Positions 1 through 15,055 of a stretch of DNA of 64,000 nucleotides are shown here, one piece after another. A program made the translations under genes and the position numbers. The notes under the pieces are model-generated. The model had not been told where the DNA came from. It was given only the letters and a program-made list of their open reading frames with translations, and did not search any database. Each line of letters opens with the position of its first letter. Within the stretch, counting starts at the first letter, position 1. Source of the stretch: Selaginella moellendorffii (taxonomy: Eukaryota; Plantae; Lycopodiophyta); assembly GCF_000143415.4 (NCBI RefSeq), contig NW_003314261.1, positions 4,924,360 through 4,988,359 of the forward strand, in the 5' to 3' direction.

Positions 1-1716
1 TTCAAGTTCCACTTTAATGAGAGAATCCCATTTTATGGATATTTAACTTGACCTGAAAATAAATATATTAATTGGGGTTTAGAACTAATCTCGTCACTTT
101 CGTCACATTAGCCAGCGCCACGCACCACACCGAGAGATGAACCAGTCGCCCGCTCAGACAGGTATGGTCACCACCGCAGCCAAAATGGGGCACTACCTAT
201 CGCGACCCAAGCCGCTCTGTGACGAGGGACCAACACTTGCTCTTGCCATTCGGAAATCTGGAAGAGAAGGATGATGTGGAGTATTTCAGCTTGATTCTCA
301 AGATTGACGATCCAAGTTTCAAACGCCAGGATTAGGATGGTTTGGGCAGCACATTTGGGACCACCACCAAGCAGCAGACTTCAAAACCCACCCGACCCCT
401 CTCAACTCAGAGTTCATTGTCACCTTCCGGCACCACGACCAAATGAAGCATGTGTGGGTGGAGGGTACGTTCAAGAGGGACGGGAAGCTGGCTTATGTTC
501 AAGCCTACGGAGCAGAACCACCACCACATTTCCCGGTACGGATTTTGATGCTGGAGTTGGACGGGACTTGAGGCTGCCATCTCACATTAAGTACGGACGT
601 ATTACTACAAGCTAAAGTTCAAGAATGTCCCAAACAAAGTAGATGTGTTTCGTGACTTCTCAAAGGGATGGCGATTCTGGGACATCCTAGACGTAACGAC
701 GGCCGAAGAGGAGAAGCGGCCCCCATCTGCGTCTGCTTCGAATCCAAAGACAACCGTACCAGAAGAACCGGATCCCACTTTCATGACACCAGTGGCAACT
801 ACACCACCCAACATAGGCCTTGACAAGGGAGGAGGTTCCTAATAAAACAGCCGTCATGCAACTGATGATGTCCATATTCCAGGACGTTCTGGAAGGGAAA
901 TGGGAGGACAAGCCCCCATCCAAGGATACCCAAGGAGCCAATCTGGTGTCCTTCCCTGAGGCAAGTAACGCATCATCTCCACCAGCCAAGCCGAGGAAGA
1001 AGCCAAGGCAACCTAGGATCGCGATGGGAGTTTTCCCAGACAAAAAGTCCAAGGAGATATACCTCGGGCTCCAGGCCAAGGTGCCTCAGAACCACAACCG
1101 CCACTGGGCTCGGCCCCTAAGCGAAAGGCACCAGCAGGCAGAGCTTTGGCCCAAGCAAAAGCGAAAGGCTCTAGAACTGGGACGGGAAAAGTAGCAGAGG
1201 CAACATTGCTACCATCACAACCGACAGCCACTGATCAGGTGATTCTCATCTCGCCTCCATTTGGGCCAGCCGGCAACTCAAGAGGAAGAGGAGGAAGAAC
1301 CCGTACAGACCACGCAACGTCCAAGCTTCTACGACAACCATGACCAAAAAATGGCAGCACTGTTGGGGAAAACTGCAGCAACAAAACTCCAAGGTGCCAT
1401 CCAGAAGAAGTTGATGAATAGGAGGGCCTTCACACAGCCGTGACGGCACCAAGATCAGCTTCAGCAAACTTAGTAACACCTCCACATTTTTTAAAAAGTG
1501 GATAGAAGAATCGGTTTTTATTTTCACGAACTCTCTTTTGTAGCAATTTGGCCATCCAATGTAAGTTCAACACATATTTCTTCAAAAAAAGCCAAGCCTA
1601 GAGGGATGCGTCGACCAAAGGACAATACCATTTGACTCCAAGCTTGAGATCCTCATCTGGCACTGCCATGGCTTGCCCCACAACTCTGGCTTAGGCTTCC
1701 TTTGCTTAGTTGAAAC

Positions 1717-1878
1717 TGTAGATGTGTGATTTTGTATATGCGGAATGCTCTATTGACTTCATTGTTTTGGTATGGTTATGTACATAACAGTATGAGTGTG
1801 ACGCTTGGCAGTTGGTGTCTTGGATGAATGACTTGTCTTCTTTGCTGATGTGGAGGCTTGTCATCACTTGTCTCCACA
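1717..1878 (-). repeat. 3' LTR of the Copia element
   Basis: Matches 6243-6404 with about 10 mismatches by eye. It abuts the polypurine tract GAGGAGGAG on the minus strand (1879-1887). Confidence 0.95.
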
Positions 1879-2296
1879 CTCCTCCTCAAGGCTCACACTG
1901 TCAATCAAATGGAGTGATTTGAGGAAGAGTTCATGCTTCACTCGAGGCAAGGACTTCGTCAGGATATTAGCGACCATTGAGCTAGTTGGATGGAATTCCG
2001 GGTTGATTGTTCCATTGTTGACTTGATCCTGGATGAAATGGAACCTCAACTCAATGTGCTTGGTGCGTGAGTGAAATCTCGCATCCCGAGTCAATGCTAC
2101 TACCAACATATTGTTGCAGTAGAGTTTGACTGCTAGAATTTGAATCTTGAGGTCCTGCAGCAATGTCTTAAGCCAGATGGCCTCTTTTGCTGCTGCTGCA
2201 GCTGTGATGTATTCAGATTCACATGATGACATCGCAGTGATCTGCTGCCTCCTGGAACACCAACTAACCACGTTATGGTTATACATGAAGACATAC

Positions 2297-2458
2297 TATA
2301 GCGCATGTGATCATGGGATGAGATTTAGATATACTATCACCGTGGATCCTTGGAACCTTGGGAGATAAATGGGGATAAAATAGCCACTAAGGGCTCTCTC
2401 ATCAAGCAATTGCCCCTTTTCCAGTTGGCTTAAGGGGAGAGAGATAAGGTGCATTACA
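2297..2458. mobile_element. Probable solo LTR inserted in the Copia RNase H region
   Basis: It interrupts STSGY|VFMYN and is flanked by CATAC (2292-2296) and TATAC (2459-2463). Its ends TATAGCGCA...TGCATTACA are imperfect inverted termini. Confidence 0.7.
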
Positions 2459-5400
2459 TATACCCTGAGGTGGATTTTCTGTCATCTGGATCTCCTGCCC
2501 AACCTATGTCTGTGAATCCCACTAGGCCGTTGTCTCCATCTCCTCTTGCATATTTCAATGTGAATTTCCTTGTGCCACTCACATACCTCATGATCCGCTT
2601 CACAGCGGCCCAATGTGAGGGTGATGGATTGTCCAAGAACTTTGAGACTGCTCCCACTCTGAATGTGAGGTTAGGCCTAGTTGAGAGCATCAAGTAGATG
2701 AGGCTCCCGACCACTGAACGGTACAGAGTTGTGGTCTCCTCCTCGGGAGTGTTATCAGAGGTTGATGTCAAACTAAAAGCCTTGGACAACTTTGAGCCTA
2801 CTTCCATAGGAGTAGCCACCGGATTAGTGTTAAGCATAGAGTACCTCTAGAGAATGTCATGGATGTATTTCTCCTAGGAGAGCTCAAGTACTTATCCTGG
2901 TAGACTTGAATTCCTAGACAATAGTGCAAGTTTCCTAGATTGGTCATCTCGAATTTAGCAGCAAGAGAGGCCTTGATGCGGTGGATGAGTCACATCTGGT
3001 TGGAGGCTAATATTGTATCATCCACATATAAGGCTAAGAAAAGAAATCCTTGGCCATCTCGATATATGTAGAGATTATTATCAACTGTGCTGTGAGTAAA
3101 ACCTAACGAGGTCAGAAAGCTGTTAATTTTAGTGTACCATGACCTGGGGCTTTGTTTCAGCCCGTAGAGAGCCTTGTGCAAATGGCAGACAAGATGCTCC
3201 TGTCTGGGATGTATAAACCCAAGAGGTTGGGCAGCGTACACCTCCTCCTCAAGATCACCGTTTAGGAAAGCAGTTCTCACATCAAGTTGATGGAGCTCCA
3301 GGTCGAGCTCAGCTGCAAGGCTCATCAAAACATGAATTGTTGTTAGCTTTACAATAGGGCTATAAGTTTCAGAGTAGTCAACTCCCTGGATCTGAGAGAA
3401 ACCACTAGCTACAAAGCGTGCCTTGTAGTGCTCGATGCTGCCATTAGCTCGATATTTCTTCTTGAACAGCCACTTGGCTGTGACTACCTTCCTACTGGGA
3501 GGGAGGGGAATTAATGTCTAGCTTCCATTCTTGATCAGTGAGTCATACTCATCCTACATGGCTGCTTGCCACTGTGAGGCATCAGGACTGGAGAGAGCAG
3601 CCTGGTAGCCATGAGGTTCAGCAATGGAGCTCATGGCCCAATAGAATCCCTTCTTGCGTGGGGCTTGAGCAAGAGATTCTAGAGCTTTGACTGTTGGCTT
3701 GCTCACTCGTCCTGAATGGGTAACAGCTCCAATCTCTTGATGAGGTGGTGTCATAAGAGAATCTGAAGGAGGTGATTGGGAAGATCCTCTAACTGTTTCT
3801 TCACCAATGAACAACTCGTCCATTCTACTCACTGGATGAAGTAGTGTTGCTGCTAGTAGCCACCGAAGTGACCAGAGGAACTGGTAGCAGCGGAGTTGCT
3901 AGAGAAGGCTCATCACCAAGTGGAGGAGGTATTCTTCCTTTTGGAATGAGCAGCCTCTAGACTGCTGGTGCTAGTGGGTCTTCCAGCACTAGGGTCAAGT
4001 CCACCAAGTTAGAACTTGAAGGAATAGTACCTTGAATGTGGCGATAAAGCTCTTGCTCATTGAAAGAGACATCTTAGCTTACCACGAGCTTCTTGAGAGC
4101 AAGATTATAGAGGCGGTAGGCCTTGGAATGAGTATGATAGCCCACGAAGATGGTCTTCTGGCTCCTAGGATCCAGCTTCTGCCGAGTCGCATTTGGAATG
4201 TGAGCATACGCTGTACAGCCAAAGACCCTCAAGTGCCCTAACTGAGGACGCTTCCTAGTCCAAGCTTGGTAAGGAACCACACTAGTGCTCCTTGTGGGAA
4301 GGCGATTACGGATGTAAACAGCCGTGTTAATGGCATCACCCCAAAAAGAGTTGGGTATGCCTGCGTGTTGGAGAAGGCAACAAATAGTCTCTAGCAGCAT
4401 GCAATTGAGGTGCTCTGCCACGCCATTCTGTTGGGGAGTATGGGCTGTCGTGTACTGGTGAATGATGCCAGCCTCAGCCAGAAAGTTGAGAAACTCTCTG
4501 TTCAGGTACTCTCCACCACCATCCGTATGTAACACACGAATCTTTCAACCAGTAGACGTCTCTGCCCAGCTCTTAAAAAACTTAAAGTGGTTGAACACTT
4601 CGCTCTTGGGGTGGAGAAAGCTCACCACAACGTATCTGGAATTGTCATTAATAAAAGACACAAAGTACCTCTTGTGGCTGAGTGTTTCCACAGGCAAGTA
4701 GCACACGTCACTGTGAACCAAATCCAGTAAGCCTATAGCTTGGTCCTTGATGATTCTTGATGGAAAAGGAAGGCAAACTTGCTTCCCAAGATGGCAAGTT
4801 TCACACACACCCAGATGGCCAGCTAGGAGCGTGATGCCTTTAGCATACTGGTTACGAGCCAAGGCATGCAGATCTCGTTCATTGACATGCCCCAGATGAG
4901 CATGCTAGAACTCAATTGTGTCTTGTGCTTAGAAAGCAAGCACTTGAGCTGGAAAAACTAGTTCTGTGTTTAAACGGTAAAGTGTTTCATACCTCACGCC
5001 ACTGGCTATAGGAGTACCATCACGACTATAGATGGTGCACCCTTTTGGGAAGAAGGTGGTAGTAAAGCCTTGATCTGAGGCTACACCTATAGAAAAAACT
5101 GTCTGTCCTACTTCAGGTACAAAGTGCACGTGATGAACCTCCTTAAGAGGTCCATTGGGTAGCCTGATCACCACCATGCCACGACCTTCCACCTGGAGTG
5201 GTCACTTGTTGCCGACATAAACCTGTTGTGGAGCTTGAAGAGCCTTGTAAGTTTGAAAGGCAAACCTTAAGGGAGTCATGTGAAAGGAGGCACCACTATC
5301 CAGCCATAGAATCGCAAGAGCAAACACTAGTGATGGGTAAAGAGCCATCATCAACAACGAGTTGCTCTGGGTAAGCATGCACTGGGGGGCAGCCTTCTTT

Positions 5401-6242
5401 GCACGACACTCACGCTTAACATGCCCCATCTTTCCACAATAGTTGCAAGGACCTTTTTTCTTCTTGGAGAAGTTAGATCTAGAGTTGGGAGTTGTAGCAG
5501 AAGAGATACAAGGCCCATGGCTAGTGCCTCCTTTCCTTTGCTCCCACTCGATTGTTTCTTACCAAGAAACAAGGCTTGAGGGGATCCTTGATGGCCAACT
5601 TGATGCTCGGCAATCTTGCGCCCTTCCTCAAGCAGATCAGAGTAGAGCTCCTCCATAGTTTTGCTTGGGACAAAAGAAAGCATGGAGGACAATTGTTGCA
5701 ACTCTAGGGATACAGAGTAGAGCAAGAAGGCTTTTGCATAGTCATCAGAAACTGCAACACCTACTTCCTTCAGCTGCTGCATTAAGCCCTTGAACTTCCC
5801 GATGTATGTTGCCATTGTCTCACTAGGCTGCATGCGTAGGGAGAAAAATTTCTGGGTCAGAACCAATTTAGCATTAGTGGCTTTAACTTTGAACTTCTGG
5901 AGTAGCTTCTCCCATCCTGCATCCCAGTTGCCAGCCCGGATGGCCATGGTGCTCGCTAGGGTAGCCATTAGTTTCTAGACAAAAGGACAAAACAGCAGAG
6001 TAAGCTAGAAGCGAGGAGGGGGAGGAGGCGGTGGGAATTGCTGGAAGGGATGCCCATACGCCGTGCACATAGAGCAACAATTAGGGCAGAGGCACAGATG
6101 GACATCACGTTGTGCTCACTTGCGTTCTTGAATTTGCCGTTTCACCCTAGCAAGGACTGCAAGAGCCCTAGTGCGGTCCTGCTCATCGCGTGGCTGTGTT
6201 TGCCAGGGTTTTGCCATTGGGATTGAAACAAACCCGATACCA

Positions 6243-6404
6243 TGTAGATGTGTGATTTTGTATATGTGGAATGCTCTATCAACTTCATTGCTTTGGTATG
6301 GTTATGTACATAACGGTATGAGTGTGATGCTTGGCAGTTGGTGTCTTGGATGAATGACTTGTCTTCTTTGTTGACATGGAGGTTTGTCATCACTTGTCTC
6401 CACA
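6243..6404 (-). repeat. 5' LTR of the Copia element
   Basis: Direct repeat of 1717-1878. It is followed on the minus strand by TGGTATC, a PBS resembling the initiator-Met tRNA type. Confidence 0.95.
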
Positions 6405-9034
6405 GAAACTTGGGAGCTCCCGGAAAGGAGGTTGCCGGACTTCCCGGGCTACTCACATTGGTCCTGGAACTGGAATTCAACACCGACCGACCGGGGAAAT
6501 GGGGGAATCGCAATTTACATCAAGGATCAAGCCATCACAAGCGTCTCACTCCAGTTTCAAGATGAGGAAAACAACTCTGTAGCAATCCGCATCAGCTCGC
6601 CAAGGCAAAAGGACACCATCCAGACTACTTCTCTCCAGACTTTGTCATGGGTACACCATTCCCTTTTGCGACACTGGCAGAACGGTTCCACACATGGGCG
6701 GAGCATTTGATGGTCATCATAGCCGGTGATTTGAACTGCCGCACAGGCTCATATCAGGCATCTCACATGGTAGAAGATGGGGAACCAGAGGAGCTGAAAT
6801 GGAGACGCCACAGTCAGGATAGATTTGACCGCCGGACGGGACAAAAGCTGCTCAACTTTTGCCAAGAAACTGAAACATGGATCTTGAACGGGATTCCAGC
6901 CTTCCCCAACCCTGGTGGGTACACAGCAATCTCCCCAGTGTGGCAACAACAAGGGGAACTACAGTTGGGTGCAGCACAATTGACTACCTAGTAGGGAACT
7001 CGGAGGCCGCAGAAAATACCACTCACTTTCAACTAGAGTTTGTTGACCAGTGGGACCGGCCTTCACTATCCTAAGTCATGCCAGGGGAAAAGCTCAAATC
7101 GGATATCAGTGATCTATCGACTGTGCCCCATTGATGCACTTGCTCTGCAATGCACGGTGGAAGAACTCTGGAGACAAGGACAGCATGGCATCCAGATAAG
7201 TTTCCAGGCCACATAACCATTATGGCACCGCAAACCACGTCAGCAGCGTGGCTTACCAGTCAAACCCTGGTGAAACGAGGAGTGCCATCGGCTTCACACG
7301 GCATACAAGCAAGCCAGATGAAGGGGACACCCGGCAGCACAGTCTCTACGTTGAGATTTCAGGAAAATAGCCACGGCATGAGCTCGCTTCCACGCTAAAT
7401 GTTTTAATGCGCAGCAGGCTTGGGAAGTGAGGTGTAAACCTTCCAAAGATTACTGTATTTTCCGTAAGCATGTGATCATCAAGGACATCACACTCTGGGT
7501 TCAATATATTCACCAGCTGTATGACGTAGGAAGCTCGGAGTTTGAACATTTCCGGCGCTGCTTGTGATCGATGTCCAGCTCTTCAAATCACCATAGAGCA
7601 GATGAAGGCAGCGGTCCAGTCTCTCCCACACAAGAAGGCTGCTGATGTCTATGGATTCATGGCTGAGCTATTGCAAGCTCTTGACCCCAATTGCTTGGCC
7701 CCCATCCTCTGCCAACTTTTCCACGAAATCATCCAACATGGTTTTCCACAGACCTGGAACATCAATAGGGTTGTACCAATTTACAAGGCGGGAGATCTAG
7801 TACTGCCCTCCAACTATCGTACTATAATGATCTCAACAATCTTCGCAAAGCTGCTCTCGTGAGCTGGACGGAAGCCAAAGGATGCAGAGCGTCAATGAAT
7901 AGGCCAACAAGAGTGGGTGACAAGGGGCAACCAGTTGGACACCTGTGTCACAGTCAATCTGAGTATGTTATAGAATGTCTGCTTTCACGTTTTCGTAAAG
8001 CCTCTGAATGAGCTTGATGAGTTCAGTGGGACGTTTAGCTTATGAAGTCATGCGAATAGTCTCCTTGTCAAAGTCTTTTTACTATGTTGACATAGCAGGC
8101 ATAAACTGAGGTTATGGGCACGCAGTTTGTCCAGGGCTACCCACAGCGTCACCAAGTGGTCGATGCAACTATAATGCGGTCGGAACCCGGCCTGCCCTCT
8201 GGGCTGGAAATTCTCATGGCAGGGCGCACTCCCTCCTCCATCTTGCTTGCCAGGATGATTCTGCAGCTGCTCATATATGTGGACGACCTCCTTCTATTGG
8301 CCACTTTATGGCTAGACCTTCAATGCCAACTACACACCTTGGCACAATTTTGCAACTCCATGGGCCTTGCTGTCAACATAAGTAAGACAAAGATGATGGT
8401 TTTTGGCCTGGACACAGCAAGCAAATTCCACTACAAGGGACCACACGAAGAAAACCCAAGATACACTATCAATCGATGCCTCCCATAGAAAACTGGAGTA
8501 GAAGGGCCTAATCAAATTGCCGTCAAGCCAATGTACACAGGTGGGCATCTATTACATGACAAAGGTAACGATGGTGGTCTTATATGGAGCAGACAGTTGA
8601 GGTTCAGGACTAAGCAAGACCACATGGGACATTTCATCTCAGCAAAATTTAGGGTGTACAAGGCTCCATACTTGATCATGGTTCTGGAAATAAGTTTACT
8701 CCCAATGGAAATTCTTGCTTGGAGACATTACACAAAGTGCATACTTTCTCTGCAAGCAAAAACTTGCAGACATGGCAATTGCTAAATCACAACATATGGC
8801 CCAAACTCTTGGAAAAGGTTGGTGGCACACTTTCAAGGTATAGACAGCCACCCTCGGCCATGACCTCTCCACACTGATGACAGAACTGATCGAACAATTG
8901 AAGTTTTGGACCTAGCAATCTCTCTAATGGTGGTGTGACGCTCAAATGAAGGATAGTGTCCTTCTTGGAATTTATGTGAACACCAATAATGCGGGGTGAA
9001 CTGGATGCTGGCAATGTGGTTGAGGAACCAGTCG

Positions 9035-9830
9035 TTACCCTCCTGTTTCTACATAAAGATCCTTGGCGCCCAAGAGCTCTTCTGCAGCCTCCTGAAAGCC
9101 AAGTAGCACCTGTATGGTTTGCATGAAGAGCATATATCTGTAGCCGCACTCAGGGACGGTCCAGTCACACCCCAAGTTCCATCTCCATTGTTTGTCACCT
9201 TTTTGCTGCACTGCCTGTCTCCAAGTTGCAGTGGACACACCGTAACAGAAGCTGTCCCTCTTTATAAAGTGGATGGTCACGACGAAGTCTGGCGTCTCCG
9301 CTCATCTTTGACCTGTGGCACTGTCTTCATGTTCTCCATCCGACCACCACCGCCCACTCCCTCCCTGGAAATAGATTGTGCCTGTGCGTGCCTGCCCTCA
9401 CACTCAAACCGCTGCCAAAGATACCGTGATTCTGGATATAGTTCCCAGGCTCTTTCCGCTGAAATAGCTTACTCGCTCTGCTTGGACTGACTTTGACATA
9501 GCTCCTGGAGCTGTTGTCCTTCTTGAGTACAACATTGTGATCTCGACGGTCTTGCCAGACCTGTCTCTCAGCTGCAGGCTGTAGCGTCCTCCATTGTGCC
9601 GGGGTCGAGAGCACTGAAGCTTTCTCAAACATAATCTCCCAGTCGTTCAAGTGATTGAACTGCTTCTGCGGAGGGACCCTTTGGAGAACCGACCGACCTG
9701 AGCATGCTCGTACCGCACTATTGTTGAAGCAAGTAACTCTGATCTCACCACCCTTGGCATCTAGCAGATTGAAGCTAAACACCCTGCCATCACCTTGGGT
9801 GCTATTGAAGTTATGGAGATTGCTCTCCTC
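9035..9830 (-). pseudogene. Replication protein A 70 kDa subunit (RPA1-like) fragment
   Basis: OB-fold motifs GDGRVFSFNLLDAKGGEIRVTCFN and LQLRDRSGKTVEIT, zinc-ribbon CSKKVTNNGDGTW..C, and C-terminal YRYML..HTGATW..FQEAAEELLG. These lie in different frames with deletions between them. Confidence 0.85.
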
Positions 9831-10779
9831 GCTTTGATCGTGTAATTGATTTGCTTAAGCAAGTGTGTAAGGGGACTAGTGAATATACCTAAAATATATT
9901 TGAATATTTTAGAATATTCTACTATCTAACGGTTGTTATTCCTTTAGATTAATTTTATATTTATAATTTATAAACATATTTATAATTTATAAACTTTTAA
10001 AAACCTTTTCTAGTATATTCTTTTTTATTCTATCATCTACATGCTTATAATTATAAACTTTATTTGATCAATCCATTAAGCAAACCAAACGCGATTTTAA
10101 TTTTGTTGTAAATTTTGACTGTGTTTAATTTAATGTAACAGTTGAAAATTATTTATCGTTTAATTTTACAAGAACGTATGCAACCTTGTAAAATGTCTCG
10201 TAGGAACGATTCCAGGCGGTCCCTCGCTCCTTGCAATAGGCCCTCTATTCGTGTAGGTCCATATGGAAGACCCCATAGAGCTCAACCTCTGCCGGTCTTC
10301 AACCGTATGAGCTATCTGGCTCCCACTAACACCAGCGGTGGAAGGCCAAAGGAAGACAGCCAGAGGGGAGGACAAGCAAAACCCGCTAGAACACTCAAGA
10401 TCATCACCAGCTGCGATGGCGTCGACATCCTGGAGAGCTTACCCGATCGATCGAACCAGACTGCCTTCGTGATCGGCACGCGTGAGGCACAAGCGGTAGA
10501 TTAAAGCGCCGAAAATTTCAAACGCTAAATTGGAGGGGCTTATTTATATTTTGTTTTTGGATATTTTTTTCTTTAAATACTTTATGTATGTAGTATTGTT
10601 TTAGTAATCGTTTAACATACAGCATGGTCTTCATTTGATCAACTGATCTTTCCAGAGATATAAAAATAAAGAATGAATTTGGCTTTACATAGTCTCGAGT
10701 GCTGTAGAAAACCAGCTTAAGTCGGTAAAAAGAAAAACAGAGATACTTACCACTACATTTTGTGTTTGAGAGAAACTGA

Positions 10780-12618
<1,839 letters not shown>

Positions 12619-14158
12619 TGGGAGCAAGGAGAGATCAAACTCCAGAATCTCCCCAAAAGATTCAATCTTCACTGTTAATTACAAAAAGCGTAGTTAATAA
12701 AACCCATATTTTATCTGTCGTGAATGAAAACCTTAATTAGTTAATTAATTAACGTGGTTCTGGCGTTTTGAGCTCGATGGCGCAGCGTTATTTTCTCTCC
12801 CCAAAGTTCTTGTTCTTTACATTGTCTCTTGGTTCTTAATTGTCCTTATATTTGTAGGTAGTGCAATGACTATTACAATTTCTTTTCTTTTTACAAACGG
12901 AAGCTTAAGTGCAGGAAGTGACTCGAACTAACGTAGCAAATTCGTTTTAAGTATCTATTTTTCAGGCATTGCTCACAAAGGAATCCAAAGTTGGTTCCAG
13001 AATGGTTCGACCGAGGAAGCAGACTATATACCCTGAAACCGTGGAGAAGAAGCTGGAACGTAGTACAAGGACATCATAAACAGAAGGAACAGTTTCAAAT
13101 CAGGACGCACGGCAGACAAGTCCATGAGGAGGATGCTGGAAAGGAAAACAACAAAACTATACCCCATCCTCCGGAAGAGATTGCTCTTAAACGAGGAGGG
13201 TGGAGAGACTTCAGATGTGAAACTTGAAGACGCTGCTGAAACTCCAACGTAGTCAAAATTAATTCATGGACTCCTGGTGCTGATCGCTGTTCTTCGTCAG
13301 ATGTATGTCCTGATTGAGAACATCAAAGAGAAGATCATGCCAGGTGTCAAATCGGTTTGCATGTCAACGCAGTAAGAAGGCTCGGATGTTGCAGGAAAAC
13401 AGGTAGTATTCAGAAATCTCAACTTCTCGCTTTGAAGTAGTTCTTGTGTATCTTTCGGAATGTGTAATTTAGTCCAGGCAGTTTGAAGCGGTAGCTCACG
13501 GGGTAATGACGACCGCAAGTAATACATCATTCCAGGCTTTTTCAGTGCTTTGTTGTTTTTTTTTCTTATTGAGACTCAAAAATTCTCTTTTTTCTTTCTA
13601 CAGAATCGTCCTTATTGAGTGCTTCATTTCAGGATTGGGGCTGAAAAGCGTGCTGAAACTGTAGAGGTGGAGTGCCATAAGTTTTTGAACATTTTTCTTG
13701 TGCTGATCATTTTAATCAGATAGTCGGTTCTCGATCTATTGAGAGTGAATGGGGGTATCAATGGGAATAGATACCTCCGTTTCCTTTTTCTCTTTTTGCG
13801 TGATACTAACAAAATGTGGTATTCTTCCAGGGACTCATGAAGAAGACAAGGAAGAGAAAAGTTTAAACGAGGCAGAGGATCGAAAAACCAGAGCCATAAC
13901 TGATGGAAACAATAAAGAAGTAGAAGAAAGACTCTGGAGATGCTATTCGATCTCGAGGCTGGAAGAGATCCAAGCGTGATAGACAATCGCGAACTTAGTA
14001 CCAAGATCTGTTGATCTGTTGAGATAGACGTAAGTTTGGAGCTCACATTTGTTTTCTACTGATAGACATAAACTCTACTTAGCTGGACAAGCTTAACTCG
14101 GAGGTGGTGTGTACGGGTTCGAGACCTTTGCGCATCATAACCATCAATCGCTGGAGCC

Positions 14159-14872
14159 ATGGAGAAAGTCCCAGATCTGCACAAGACGGAGGAGCTATCG
14201 GCCATCGCGGTGGACTACTGCCCTGAGGTATGCCAGCATTTTCCAGAGCAGCGAGAGATCTCGGTGACTTTCGATGAGCGCGGTGGTGCTCGCTGGAGGA
14301 GCACCCGCAGGTTTAGCAGCGGAACTTTCAGCGCCAAGATCAAGACGCCGTCGGGGAACACGAGCGGCCTCAACTCGAGCTTCTACCTCTCGACGCTCGA
14401 GGGGCCGAGAGACCAGGACGAGATCGACTTCGAGTTCCTAGGGAAGGACAAGGGAACCGTCCAGACCAACTTCTACACGCACGGCACGGGCGGCCGGGAG
14501 GTGATCCACGATCTCGGCTTCGACAGCTCGCAAGAGTTCCACGAGTATACGATCAAGTGGGAGCCAGACAGGATCGAGTGGCTCGTGGACGGCAAGTCCA
14601 TCCGGGTAGCCGAGAAGAAAAAGAAGAAAGGCCCGGAAGAACACGAAGGGAAAGCTGGAGAAGGAGAAGGAGCTCTCAAAGAAGGCAAGGGTGCAGGAGA
14701 AGAAGCTCTTAAAGAAGAAGAAGACGAAGGATTTCCTACGAGGCCTTGCTTTCTCTACGCATCCGTGTGGAACGCTGGAGAAGTCAACGAGGGTCTTTGG
14801 GCTGGTCCTTACATCGGCTGTGACGTGCCTTACGTGTGTGTGTACAAGGACGTTTTTGTTCCATGCCATTGA
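14159..14872 (+). CDS. GH16 endo-glucanase, EG16-type (XTH-related), intronless
   Basis: 237 aa with catalytic motif QDEIDFEFLGKDK, plus SGLNSSFYLS, VQTNFY and FLYASVWNA. It has no signal peptide and no XTH C-terminal extension, as is typical of EG16. Confidence 0.9.
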   Translation: MEKVPDLHKTEELSAIAVDYCPEVCQHFPEQREISVTFDERGGARWRSTRRFSSGTFSAKIKTPSGNTSGLNSSFYLSTLEGPRDQDEIDFEFLGKDKGTVQTNFYTHGTGGREVIHDLGFDSSQEFHEYTIKWEPDRIEWLVDGKSIRVAEKKKKKGPEEHEGKAGEGEGALKEGKGAGEEALKEEEDEGFPTRPCFLYASVWNAGEVNEGLWAGPYIGCDVPYVCVYKDVFVPCH

Positions 14873-15055
14873 CCATTGAATGGAAGAGCAACAACGAGCG
14901 TACCGCGCGGCACTTACAATACCGGTCCACCGAGCCGCGCGGTAGTTGATCCGTGACGCGCGGCCATGCTAAACGTTTTCTTTAATATTTATTTGAGTAG
15001 CTATATAGTGTGAAGGCTATACAGTACGCTAGCTCATGGCATTAGGGTTCTAGCG

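Larger units (their letters stand above)
1717..6404 (-). mobile_element. Ty1/Copia LTR retrotransposon, full structure, coding region decayed
   Basis: Two 162-bp LTRs (TG...CA), 5-bp TSD GAAAC (1712-1716 and 6405-6409), PBS and PPT. Minus-strand domain order is gag/zinc knuckle, protease (WLDSGASFHM), integrase (HTDGGGEY, PQQNGVAE), RT (QLDVRTAFLNG, LYVDD), RNase H (RTKHIELRFH). Confidence 0.97.
120..8488 (+). mobile_element. Degenerate LINE (non-LTR retrotransposon), interrupted by a Copia insertion
   Basis: APE endonuclease motifs are IWHCHGL (~1655), LVETW (split by the Copia insertion at 1716/6405), GGIAIYIK, IIAGDLN and TIDY. RT motifs are VVPIYKAGD..PSNYRTIMI (7542-7862) and LLIYVDDLLLL..LAVNISKTKMM (8114-8488). 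There are many stops and frameshifts. The 5' boundary and the ORF1 assignment are uncertain. Confidence 0.75.

Noticed and set aside
12950-14050. Short ORFs between GH1 and EG16
   Set aside because: They may be exons of a small or decayed gene, but there is no recognisable homology.
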